This document shows, in pieces, positions 8,551 through 17,173 of a DNA stretch of 64,000 nucleotides (positions are counted from its first letter, which is position 1; the number at the start of each line of letters is the position of its first letter). The notes beneath the pieces were generated by a model. The model saw nothing but the letters and a program-made list of their open reading frames with translations, was not told the origin of the DNA and searched no databases. Both the position numbers and the translations under genes were made by a program. This stretch comes from a virus: IMG/VR virus record IMGVR_UViG_3300021963_005267, positions 1 through 64,000 of that record. One strand, written 5' to 3'.

Positions 8551-8726
8551 TCTGGTTGCAGAGTAAATCTGCTTAAGAAACTTTCCTTATAACAGCTAAA
8601 CTCTTGACCTTGTTGGTTACGATAATGAACCCAAGTGTGTCCTTCAGCATCATCAACTACGTGGATGACAGTGAACTTCTTACCATCGGCACTGCTCCAA
8701 TTAGTTTGAGGTTTAACAGTTTCCAT
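8547..8726 (-). CDS. Hypothetical protein
   Basis: Start at ATG 8726 (METVKPQ) with SD AAGGA and TAATG coupling. Confidence 0.7.
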   Translation of the reverse strand: METVKPQTNWSSADGKKFTVIHVVDDAEGHTWVHYRNQQGQEFSCYKESFLSRFTLQPD

Positions 8727-8962
8727 TATTGTCCTTTCAACTCTTTTATAACCTGTTCTTTGGCTCTGCGATCCAGATCTGCTTCTTCGGCTTGCCAAAT
8801 CTTATAGGCCATTAGATCCATGAATTCAATGATGGCTTCTTTACCATTCTCAGTTAAGTGACAATAGTTGCTGCCTACACTGCTTCTATAGAAATACTTA
8901 TTGTTATTAAGTATCTCCTGTAGTCCTCCATAGACTAAATCTTTAATTGCTGTTTTCTGCAT
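8726..8962 (-). CDS. Hypothetical protein
   Basis: Start at ATG 8962 (MQKTAIKD), 1 nt after the ligase stop; the tracked extension overlaps the ligase. Confidence 0.7.
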   Translation of the reverse strand: MQKTAIKDLVYGGLQEILNNNKYFYRSSVGSNYCHLTENGKEAIIEFMDLMAYKIWQAEEADLDRRAKEQVIKELKGQ

Positions 8963-8963
8963 C

Positions 8964-10289
8964 TTATAGTTTTTCACCTTTCGCAAAACCTCGGAATCGG
9001 AGGAACCTGGGGAAACGTAGTGACCACACGTCCTCGCTATCCTGGCTCCTAGTAGCTGCATCTGCACGGACCTCCAGGACTTGACCAATGAGCGTATCTT
9101 TATCTTGCCAGAAATCAATGCGCTGATCATCGGAAAAACCTGAACCAACGTTAACTTTAATATACTTGCCGTCATCTTCACCTTCACAAATCAATGCCCC
9201 TAGGCGACCCTCATTACGGCCTGTTCCTTCCTCATAGGCAGTTACAGTTAGACTTACTTCGATAAATGGTTTCATCTTCAACCAGCTAGCTGAACGTTTA
9301 CATTCATAAACTGCATCAACATCTTTGATCATGATGCCTTCATATCCTTCATCGACCATTTTCTTGTTATAGTCTTTGAATTCTACATCACCTACTAGAG
9401 TATCAAGATCTACTTCAATGTAAGGTACGACTTCAATACAGCCGCTGTCTTTGAAAATGTTTTCAAAGTTCTTGATAAAGTTCAGTCGGCGCTTTTGTCC
9501 TAGGGTACTCTTACCTTGTTTAAATTCTGCCAACGGAATCATGTCAAACAGATTAAACACAGCGTCACCGGCATTGACATTGTCTTTGCGATGTACTTGT
9601 TTCATAAGGTCCTGGAAAGTGTTACTCATAATCTCTCCGTCTAGCACATAGCTACGACCAAACTCGTCTAAGTAACCTTCGAGGTACTTGGTAATATGGC
9701 TGAAGTTCTCTAGGACTTTACCATTGCGAGTGTACTGAGTAACAGTACGACTTTCATAATCAATAACAGTAAGGCAACGCACACCGTCTAGTTTCTTTTG
9801 TAGAATCTTTTTACCAGTAACTTTGCTTTCGTGATTAGCTGAATCGTGTGCCAGCATACATTCGAACACAGGAACTGCGTACTGTGTCTTTTTTTGTTTT
9901 TTAGCCACAGTGTTTACAGTTTTTTCTGAAACACCGCAACGCAGATCTTTAATAAGGATACGACGATAGAAGTCATTCCATTGTGCCTGTGTAGCCACAC
10001 CCATTGCTAGTAAGATAGCATCGCGGGCAGCGTGACCAGTGAGTTCACGACGATACAGACTATCAGTCAATTGTTTAAAATTTGCCCAGCTGAGTCCTTG
10101 ACCGTTGTTTTCTTCTTTGATAGGAACTTGCTTAACACCAAAGGTGTATAGGTTATCTAAACACATACGGATGCCTTCGAAGAACTCATCAAGTCCTTCT
10201 TCCATTGCATCTGCTAAGATCTTTTCTTTGGCTAGGCGAGAGTTATCTGCTTCAAGTTTTTGGATGATAACTTCGGGTTGAGTACGCAC
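8964..10289 (-). CDS. lig: ATP-dependent DNA ligase (T4 gp30-like)
   Basis: Motif I KLDGVR, LDGEI, EGIMIK, WLKMK, OB-domain VGSGF and SLRFPRF. Confidence 0.95.
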   Translation of the reverse strand: MRTQPEVIIQKLEADNSRLAKEKILADAMEEGLDEFFEGIRMCLDNLYTFGVKQVPIKEENNGQGLSWANFKQLTDSLYRRELTGHAARDAILLAMGVATQAQWNDFYRRILIKDLRCGVSEKTVNTVAKKQKKTQYAVPVFECMLAHDSANHESKVTGKKILQKKLDGVRCLTVIDYESRTVTQYTRNGKVLENFSHITKYLEGYLDEFGRSYVLDGEIMSNTFQDLMKQVHRKDNVNAGDAVFNLFDMIPLAEFKQGKSTLGQKRRLNFIKNFENIFKDSGCIEVVPYIEVDLDTLVGDVEFKDYNKKMVDEGYEGIMIKDVDAVYECKRSASWLKMKPFIEVSLTVTAYEEGTGRNEGRLGALICEGEDDGKYIKVNVGSGFSDDQRIDFWQDKDTLIGQVLEVRADAATRSQDSEDVWSLRFPRFLRFRGFAKGEKL

Positions 10290-10320
10290 AGTCTGCTCCT
10301 AGTTGTTTAACAATATATGT

Positions 10321-10349
10321 ATTATATCGTCAGAGCTGTAGACTGTCAA
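10321..10349 (-). promoter_or_regulatory. sigma70-type promoter for the ligase
   Basis: TTGACA-17-TATAAT; the -35 overlaps the MTase TGA stop. Confidence 0.85.
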
Positions 10350-11284
10350 CTAGGTTCGAAGAGATTATTGATATGATCGTTGCCTGTAAACCTTTGGCTC
10401 ATTTTGGCAAACATAGCAGGATCACGTTCGATTAGTATTGCTTTTCTATTAAGGTCTTGGCAGGCGATACCACAACTGCCGCTGCCAGCAAATGTATCTA
10501 GTACAGTGTCTCCTGGGTTCGAACACAACTCAATAAAGAACTTGAGTAATTCTACGGGTTTCTCTGTAGGATGTATCTTGTTCTTGCCCAATCCGCCACT
10601 GTAGGTAATAGTGTTAGGAACCACTGCGTGTACGATTCCGTTAGTAGTCTTTCTTGTGTTATACATTTCTCGGCTTTCTTCTAAAGCCATTTTAAAGATA
10701 TCATCAAGAGACATCTTGCCTAGATTGTCTTTGACTGTTTTGTATACGATACTGCTCATTTTGTCAGCAGTAGCATAACGCTCAACATAGGAACCTATTG
10801 GAGTATCTGAATTGAATACACGATTTCCACCTGGCTTGATACCCCATAGCAGATATTCACAACCGCTTACAGGATTAACTGCACGATTAAATGGAACTGC
10901 CGCAGGCTTCTTCCAAGTCCAAACACGTTTGGGTTCAAACCCTTGTTGTTCCATTATCTTCCAAAGATAACTGATATACTGATCACTGATGAACACAGCA
11001 AATGTTCCACCCTTGCGCAGTTTCTTAAACCAAAACTTTGACCAATCAGTCATTTGTGTCAAGAACTCATCGTGTTCTACATTATCCCAATCCTGTTCAA
11101 ATGCTTCTGAAAACTTTTGATTATGTATAGTGCTCTTGTTCTCGCCTGTTTCTTTATCGATCCAAACAGGTTTAGCACCATCCTCACTGATGTTGTAAGG
11201 AGGATCAGTGAACACGAAGTCGACAGAGTTATCTGCGATCTTATCGTCTTGTTCTAACATATCACCTTGGATTCGTTCAATCAT
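10346..11284 (-). CDS. Beta-class N6-adenine/N4-cytosine DNA methyltransferase
   Basis: N-terminal DPPY (motif IV), HPTEKP, C-terminal DTFAGSGS (motif I). Confidence 0.92.
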   Translation of the reverse strand: MIERIQGDMLEQDDKIADNSVDFVFTDPPYNISEDGAKPVWIDKETGENKSTIHNQKFSEAFEQDWDNVEHDEFLTQMTDWSKFWFKKLRKGGTFAVFISDQYISYLWKIMEQQGFEPKRVWTWKKPAAVPFNRAVNPVSGCEYLLWGIKPGGNRVFNSDTPIGSYVERYATADKMSSIVYKTVKDNLGKMSLDDIFKMALEESREMYNTRKTTNGIVHAVVPNTITYSGGLGKNKIHPTEKPVELLKFFIELCSNPGDTVLDTFAGSGSCGIACQDLNRKAILIERDPAMFAKMSQRFTGNDHINNLFEPS

Positions 11285-12504
11285 TTCTTTTTCCTAGCTG
11301 CACCTGGCCAATTGTGGAATGCTGCTGTCGCTCTGCTCCAATAACAAAATGTCCAGGAGTTAACATCGGCGAACTTCTGTTCAGCAATTATAACACGTTG
11401 CGTATTTAAATCTATCTTAACATCATAGAACTTACATCCGGTTAGTATTCCTGCTAACACTTGGCTGACTTCCTGTGCATTCTCCTCGGCCCATACTTGT
11501 TGTATTAAAGTACATAATGTAAAGTAGAAAGGGCATTTATTATGTGTGTCACCGTTAGTCCAATATTCTCTTGCTGCCTTCTCGCCTTCAGGGACTCCCC
11601 AATGATTTAGATTCTTAGGATGACTATCGATCCAATTGTAGAATACGTCGTAGTCTGTTTGTTTGATAAATTTAGCAACAGCATCCTCAGATGTACCTCC
11701 AACCCATTCGGCAAGCTCAAGTATAAAAGAACAGCTCTCGCTAGATGCTTTGAACAGTTCTTCTTTATCCCAATTGCCACAAGCCCAGAACACACGTTCA
11801 ACAGGAGTGTTCTTAGGAATGATAGATGCAAACTTAGACAGGTTAACCTGTCCCCCCATACTGCTCTTTACACTGACCGGAACACCATTTTCATAGAAAT
11901 CTACCAATGCATTATTGATAGTGTTGACAAATGCGATAGTGCTTTCGTTTGAGCTTGCGTGTAATGCTGCTAGACTTTCACCTAGATCAGATTCTATCTT
12001 ATTTCGTTCTTTGTTATCTAGCAGTATAGGATTAATAGTAAACTGTCTATCCTCCTCAAAGCTCATTACTAGATCTTTCATTACAGATTTGTGCTCATCG
12101 GAAACGATAGAAAGATTATCTATGCCGTTTAGAATAGTTTCCAATAGATCAGAATGAAGATGGTAGACCTGACCGCCTAGTCCTAGTTTCTCTGGACTGA
12201 ATGTCTTGCGAGGATATACTCCGCTGGCTCTGTCTACAGAGTTTAATAAAAAATAAACATCCTGATCCTGCCAACGTCCTTTATATCCTCTACCATCATA
12301 GAGAGGACTTCCGCTGGCTTTAGCAGAAACTACTTCTGTTACTCCGCAATTACTCAACAATGTTCTAAGACTGTGCTCATTGTCGATCATTGAATCGGGA
12401 TAGAAACGGATCCTATACCCAAAACGAGGGTCTGGTGAATGCTTTAGATTACGAGCGTTGAGATTTGGATCAGAATCTTTTAAGGATTTGATTAGTTCTT
12501 TCAT
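11281..12504 (-). CDS. Hypothetical protein, putative PD-(D/E)XK-type restriction-like endonuclease
   Basis: ESDLGE...NNALVDF...VSVKS catalytic-like pattern; ATGA overlap with the MTase. Confidence 0.5.
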   Translation of the reverse strand: MKELIKSLKDSDPNLNARNLKHSPDPRFGYRIRFYPDSMIDNEHSLRTLLSNCGVTEVVSAKASGSPLYDGRGYKGRWQDQDVYFLLNSVDRASGVYPRKTFSPEKLGLGGQVYHLHSDLLETILNGIDNLSIVSDEHKSVMKDLVMSFEEDRQFTINPILLDNKERNKIESDLGESLAALHASSNESTIAFVNTINNALVDFYENGVPVSVKSSMGGQVNLSKFASIIPKNTPVERVFWACGNWDKEELFKASSESCSFILELAEWVGGTSEDAVAKFIKQTDYDVFYNWIDSHPKNLNHWGVPEGEKAAREYWTNGDTHNKCPFYFTLCTLIQQVWAEENAQEVSQVLAGILTGCKFYDVKIDLNTQRVIIAEQKFADVNSWTFCYWSRATAAFHNWPGAARKKK

Positions 12505-12512
12505 CGTGATAC

Positions 12513-12541
12513 ATTATAGCACCACGATGAAAGTTTGTCAA
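12513..12541 (-). promoter_or_regulatory. sigma70-type promoter with the -10 box enclosed in an 11-bp inverted repeat
   Basis: TTGACA-17-TATAAT-8 nt-ATG; arms CTTTCATCGTG/CACGATGAAAG at 12498-12508 and 12523-12533. Confidence 0.85.
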
Positions 12542-13050
12542 CCCAGATAATTGGACCAGCTAGGATGACGCAGATGGAATCCTCGCTCTCTCCTGCGTTC
12601 TACTAGTTCGTAGTAGTCAGGTTTGTGCGGCATCTTTTTTGGACGCATCTGTGTCTTGTCGCTCTTGCGATAGTTACAAGGTTTGCAGGCTGTGCTCAAA
12701 TTGGTCCAGGCGCTTTTCCCACCCTGTGAGATAGGAACCACGTGATCAATCGTAGCTTCGTTGTCTTTGCAAACTGTACCGCAGTATTGGCAGACGTAAC
12801 GATCTCGTAAGAAGATATTACGTTTGGTTAACCTTAATTGGTTTTTCTTTTTGAAATACTCATTTAGGATAATCACAGCAGGTACGGGCGTAGACCAACG
12901 AGCGGATCTCACGATCCAATCCTCGTGCCACTCTAGCACCCTGGCTTTTTCTAAAACCATGTATCGAATTGCTTCCTGCCATGTTACGGTAGAAAGCGGC
13001 AATAGGCTAACTGGTTGTGCGTCAGCGTTTAAAACTAATGTATCTGCCAT
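12538..13050 (-). CDS. HNH endonuclease (McrA-like)
   Basis: RDRYVCQYCG...TIDHVVP.S.GG...W.NL.TAC..CN..K. Confidence 0.92.
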   Translation of the reverse strand: MADTLVLNADAQPVSLLPLSTVTWQEAIRYMVLEKARVLEWHEDWIVRSARWSTPVPAVIILNEYFKKKNQLRLTKRNIFLRDRYVCQYCGTVCKDNEATIDHVVPISQGGKSAWTNLSTACKPCNYRKSDKTQMRPKKMPHKPDYYELVERRRERGFHLRHPSWSNYLG

Positions 13051-13103
13051 TTTAATTCACTTTGAAAAAAGTATTTAACCCTGCAAGTGTATACTCTTTT
13101 TGC

Positions 13104-13132
13104 TTGACATACAACGGTCCGTTGTATAAAAT
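13104..13132 (+). promoter_or_regulatory. sigma70-type promoter with a palindromic spacer
   Basis: TTGACA-17-TAAAAT; ATACAACGG-T-CCGTTGTAT at 13109-13127. Confidence 0.8.
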
Positions 13133-13161
13133 ATACATACTTTATTTGAAAAAGGATTAAA

Positions 13162-13572
13162 ATGGCAGTTTGGAAAATCTCAAACAAGTCCAAGAAGAAC
13201 TGCGAAGAACGTCAGTTCTGGACTAAAGACGGACAAACTATTGTTCGCATCGAAGGATTCCGTTGGGGTACATTTACTGTAGAAACAGATGATGACAATC
13301 CCCCAGAAGGCATTACTGCGGAAAATCCAGACGGAGTCGATATGTATAGTTACTCGGGTGAAAATGCTCCTAACGGTGCAGAGCTAGACATGATGGACGA
13401 TGGTTGCTACGGTGACATGGAGTTCCCTGACGACATGGACGAGGAAGAACAAGAACGTATCCAAGAAGGTTGGGATGAAGATAGCTATGACTTTATGGAA
13501 GGCGATGGTTGGGTTAACGACGAAACTGAAGCCTGGTTATTTGGTGAACTCGACATTGAAAGGATTGATTAA
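13162..13572 (+). CDS. Highly acidic hypothetical protein
   Basis: About 40 of 136 residues are D/E by hand count; SD AAGGA. Confidence 0.8.
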   Translation: MAVWKISNKSKKNCEERQFWTKDGQTIVRIEGFRWGTFTVETDDDNPPEGITAENPDGVDMYSYSGENAPNGAELDMMDDGCYGDMEFPDDMDEEEQERIQEGWDEDSYDFMEGDGWVNDETEAWLFGELDIERID

Positions 13573-13573
13573 A

Positions 13574-14164
13574 ATGGCACTAGTACCAATGGTAGTTGAA
13601 TCTACAAGCAAAGGCGAGCGAGCCTATGATATCTACAGTCGTTTGCTCAAAGAGCGGATTGTTATGTTAAACGGCGAAGTAGAAGATCACATGGCCAATC
13701 TTGTAGTAGCACAACTGTTATTCTTGGAAAGCGAAAACCCAGAAAAGGATATCAATCTGTTTATTAACAGTCCTGGTGGGGTAGTTACAGCAGGAATGAG
13801 CATCTACGACACGATGCAGTTTATCAAGTGCGATGTTGCTACCTATGTAATGGGTCAGGCCTGTTCAATGGGCAGTCTATTAGCACAAGCAGGTGCAGCA
13901 GGTAAACGATTTATGTTACCCAATGCTCGTCACATGATCCATCAGCCCAGCGGCGGCGCTCGTGGACAAGCCACAGACATTCAGATTCAAGCTGAAGAGA
14001 TCCTTAAGATGAAAAAGAATCTTACAGAGATCTATGTTAAACATAACTCAAAAGGCAAGACCTATGATGAGTTTGCCCGCGACATGGAACGTGATAAGTT
14101 CATGTCAGCTCAGGAAGCTTTAGAATACGGGCTTGTTGATCAGGTTATTGACAAACGTGTTTGA
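13574..14164 (+). CDS. clpP: ATP-dependent Clp protease proteolytic subunit
   Basis: Start MALVPMVVE; [24 protein letters not shown] (Ser), MIHQP (His), ERD (Asp). Confidence 0.97.
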   Translation: MALVPMVVESTSKGERAYDIYSRLLKERIVMLNGEVEDHMANLVVAQLLFLESENPEKDINLFINSPGGVVTAGMSIYDTMQFIKCDVATYVMGQACSMGSLLAQAGAAGKRFMLPNARHMIHQPSGGARGQATDIQIQAEEILKMKKNLTEIYVKHNSKGKTYDEFARDMERDKFMSAQEALEYGLVDQVIDKRV

Positions 14165-15338
14165 GTGCGGTGATTAGATCACTTATCATAGCGTCATCAT
14201 GAAATGGTGTAGGCGCAAAGCGTAAACGCTCTGTGCCGACATCAACCGTAGGATAGTTAATAGGCTGCACGTAGATGTTATAATCGTTTAATAAACGATC
14301 GCTCATCATTTTACATTTCTTAGCTTCGCCTACTAACAGCGGCACGATGTGAGTAGTAGAGCATTCCATTAAAGGTAATCCATTTTCTTTTAACAGAGTT
14401 TTTAATTTGTTTGCTCTTTCCTGATGCTTGACGCGAATCTCATCGTGATCTTTTAACCATTTGACAGCTGCCAGGGCACCTGCACAGGCCACAGGACTCA
14501 TACTGGTAGTAAAGATAAATCCAGCAGCCACTGAACGAATAGCATCGACGACGTCAGCATCGGCAGCTATATAACCGCCTTGGACTCCAAACGCTTTGCC
14601 TAATGTACCGTTGATTATATCAACTCGGCTTTCCAAACCTAGTTCTTCAACCTTGCCACCTCCGTGGGTGCCATAGAGTCCTACCGCGTGTACTTCGTCG
14701 ATGTAAGTGATAGCATTGTATTTGTCGGCTAAGTCGCAGATCTCTTTGATGTGTCCTACATCACCGTCCATCGAATAAACTGATTCAAATACAATACAAG
14801 GTGTTTGTCCAGTTAGAGTTACATTGATCAATTTATCTTCTAGATCTTGTAAATCATTGTGTTTAAACACAGTTTTGGCTGCACGACTATGACTCATTCC
14901 TACTATCAAACTGTTATGATTATTTTCGTCTGATAAAAAATGTATATCAGGAATGATTTTGCTAAGGGCAATCAATGTCCATTCGTTGGCTACATAAGCC
15001 GAACTGAACAACAAGGCTCTGCTTTTATTATGCAACATTGCAAGCTCATGTTCTAATGCCACGTGATAGTGGCTGGTACCCCCTATGTTGCGTGTACCAC
15101 CTGATCCAGACCCTGTTTGGTCTAAAGCGGTGTGCATGGCATCTAATACAACCTTGTTTTGACCCATGCCTAGATAATCATTTGAGCACCAATTAACTAT
15201 AGTTTTAATGTTATATGGGCCGTACCAAATTGCTTTAGGAAAATCTCCTCGCTCGCGGACGATGTCGTTAAACACACGATATTTTCCGTTATCTTTGAGA
15301 TCTTTTATTAGTTGTTTGAAAGGTTCTTTGTTGATCAT
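14145..15338 (-). CDS. hemA: 5-aminolevulinate synthase (PLP-dependent, Shemin pathway)
   Basis: [37 protein letters not shown] (PLP lysine), [16 protein letters not shown]. Confidence 0.95.
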   Translation of the reverse strand: MINKEPFKQLIKDLKDNGKYRVFNDIVRERGDFPKAIWYGPYNIKTIVNWCSNDYLGMGQNKVVLDAMHTALDQTGSGSGGTRNIGGTSHYHVALEHELAMLHNKSRALLFSSAYVANEWTLIALSKIIPDIHFLSDENNHNSLIVGMSHSRAAKTVFKHNDLQDLEDKLINVTLTGQTPCIVFESVYSMDGDVGHIKEICDLADKYNAITYIDEVHAVGLYGTHGGGKVEELGLESRVDIINGTLGKAFGVQGGYIAADADVVDAIRSVAAGFIFTTSMSPVACAGALAAVKWLKDHDEIRVKHQERANKLKTLLKENGLPLMECSTTHIVPLLVGEAKKCKMMSDRLLNDYNIYVQPINYPTVDVGTERLRFAPTPFHDDAMISDLITALKHVCQ

Positions 15339-15346
15339 AGTAAGCT

Positions 15347-15363
15347 TATTTAACCGCTAAATA
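15347..15363. promoter_or_regulatory. Back-to-back late-type promoters
   Basis: TAAATA on minus (15347-15352, toward hemA) and on plus (15358-15363, toward the structural cluster). Confidence 0.6.
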
Positions 15364-15381
15364 TTCAATCGGAGATTTGAA

Positions 15382-15633
15382 ATGGATATTGTACAACTAG
15401 ATGTGCCTTTGTTTATACGGCTGTTAGAGCTAGCACGTGAAGATGTTAAGCAAGATGCTGATTTGCACGATGTAGCAGAAGCAGTGATCAAAATGAGCCA
15501 AAATGGTCCTGTGACTATGGCAGACTATGACGAGATCGTAGCGTTTATGAATAAGCAAGGAGAACCTGCTCCTGAACAGCCCGCAGAATCTTATGATGAA
15601 CTAGATAGGATCAAGCATCTAGGAGGTCTATAA
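15382..15633 (+). CDS. Hypothetical protein
   Basis: 83 aa, SD GGAG; LDVPLFIRLLELARED motif. Confidence 0.75.
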   Translation: MDIVQLDVPLFIRLLELAREDVKQDADLHDVAEAVIKMSQNGPVTMADYDEIVAFMNKQGEPAPEQPAESYDELDRIKHLGGL

Positions 15634-16055
15634 TGGCCAACATTACTATTTCTGTACAAAGCTTTTTAAACTCAGCTAACAATCTAAGTATCACTATCGA
15701 TAATGCACAGACTGTGGCTCAATTAAAAACTGCTATCAATGCAGCTGAAAGTACTCCGACCGCTATAATGGATTTGTTTCTAAACGGAACAAAGCTAACA
15801 GATGCAACAACATTAACAGCCAGCGGATTAATCTCAGGATCATATATTAAAACATCTAACAATTTAACACAGGCTGGGCTTTGGACTAAACAGGAACGAC
15901 AAGATTATAAATTACAATTAGCAGCATTGAGAAGATCTGCAACTGGTCGTCGATCAACTTACGATGTTAACGAGCTGCCTAATCCTTATAATGGAAATGA
16001 TAGTGCTCCGGACGACGGAGCATCTACATTAGTAGTTGGCCGCCCTTGGAGTTAA
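15633..16055 (+). CDS. Ubiquitin-like (beta-grasp) domain protein with a C-terminal extension
   Basis: Residues ~3-73 align by eye to ubiquitin: [18 protein letters not shown] and [28 protein letters not shown]. Confidence 0.7.
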   Translation: [140 protein letters not shown]

Positions 16056-16058
16056 TCT

Positions 16059-16874
16059 ATGGGCGTTCGTAATAAGAATTCTACAAATTACGTCCATCCT
16101 GACGAAGCTAATATTTTAAACCTTCATAAGGCTATGGAGTATAATAGTGGCGGACAGCCTGTTGTACGAGTACAGGATTTTAACCTAGCTGTTGCTCAGG
16201 GTAAAGTACCAGGAGTCACAGGAATAAACATTTCAGGTTATCAGCCAGCCGCAGGAACGACTTTCACTCCAGCCTGGCGTGACGGAGCGTATGTTTACTT
16301 TCCTACAGCACAAGTAGTTCGGGTGTGGAGCGAGTCAGCATCCGACACTAATGTAAGTGTTCAAATTATTGGATTAGATGCTAACTACGTACTTCAAACA
16401 GAAACAGTTTTATTAAACAATGGGATAACTGGAGTACTTACTACTAAACAGTTTTTAAGAATTAATACTATTCGCCTAACACGAACTCCAAACAATTTAG
16501 GATTATTACACGCAGGTAGTAGTGATAAGGCTATAACACTAGCATACATTGGAACTGTAGCTTCGGGGCCTGAGATGGGAATAAGCCAGATGACTGTCTA
16601 CACCGTACCAGCAGGATATACATTTTATCTAACACAAAGTAATTGGTACACAGCAGGTAGCCAACCAGCTAACTATAGAAGTTGGACACAAACTCCTGAC
16701 GGACTTATTACAGTTGTTTTGAACTTTCCTTTAGTTTCTCAGTATAATTCTACAAAAGTTGTTCCTCGCCCGTACCCAGAAAAAACAGATATACAATGGC
16801 AAGTTTCAGCTTCGGGTAACGTAGCTATTGGCGGACAGATAGAAGGTTATCTGATTAGTAATAGCGTAATATAA
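16059..16874 (+). CDS. Putative virion structural protein
   Basis: 271-aa beta-rich ORF in the late cluster. Confidence 0.65.
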   Translation: MGVRNKNSTNYVHPDEANILNLHKAMEYNSGGQPVVRVQDFNLAVAQGKVPGVTGINISGYQPAAGTTFTPAWRDGAYVYFPTAQVVRVWSESASDTNVSVQIIGLDANYVLQTETVLLNNGITGVLTTKQFLRINTIRLTRTPNNLGLLHAGSSDKAITLAYIGTVASGPEMGISQMTVYTVPAGYTFYLTQSNWYTAGSQPANYRSWTQTPDGLITVVLNFPLVSQYNSTKVVPRPYPEKTDIQWQVSASGNVAIGGQIEGYLISNSVI

Positions 16875-16887
16875 GATAAGTAATAAT

Positions 16888-17151
16888 ATGAGAGCTAGAG
16901 AATTTATCATTAATGTTCCCATTAATATTAAAATTAATGGCGATGGTGATCCAGAAGTGGATGTAGCAGGTTCGGATCCCGCCAAGGATCCATCTGATCT
17001 TGACCCAAATCCTGTAATGGTACCTCCATTACAACAAGAATTAGAGCTTAAAAAAGCTGATCAAGGAAAAACTTCTCCGATAATTAAAGATCTAACACAG
17101 GACGAAGTAGAACACGATCCCCAAAATCCTATCTATAACAGACCCAGATAA
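16888..17151 (+). CDS. Hypothetical protein, putative internal head protein
   Basis: MRAREFI N-terminus, late-type ATAAGTA upstream. Confidence 0.65.
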   Translation: MRAREFIINVPINIKINGDGDPEVDVAGSDPAKDPSDLDPNPVMVPPLQQELELKKADQGKTSPIIKDLTQDEVEHDPQNPIYNRPR

Positions 17152-17173
17152 ATACCCAAAGTAGGGTGAATCT

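Noticed and set aside
13400-13573. Tracked N-terminal extensions of clpP (also nrdA 57029, nrdB 59684, and ORFs starting at 5051, 9187 and 45787)
   Set aside because: They overlap neighbouring genes or promoters; downstream ATGs match family N-termini or the SD/promoter positions.
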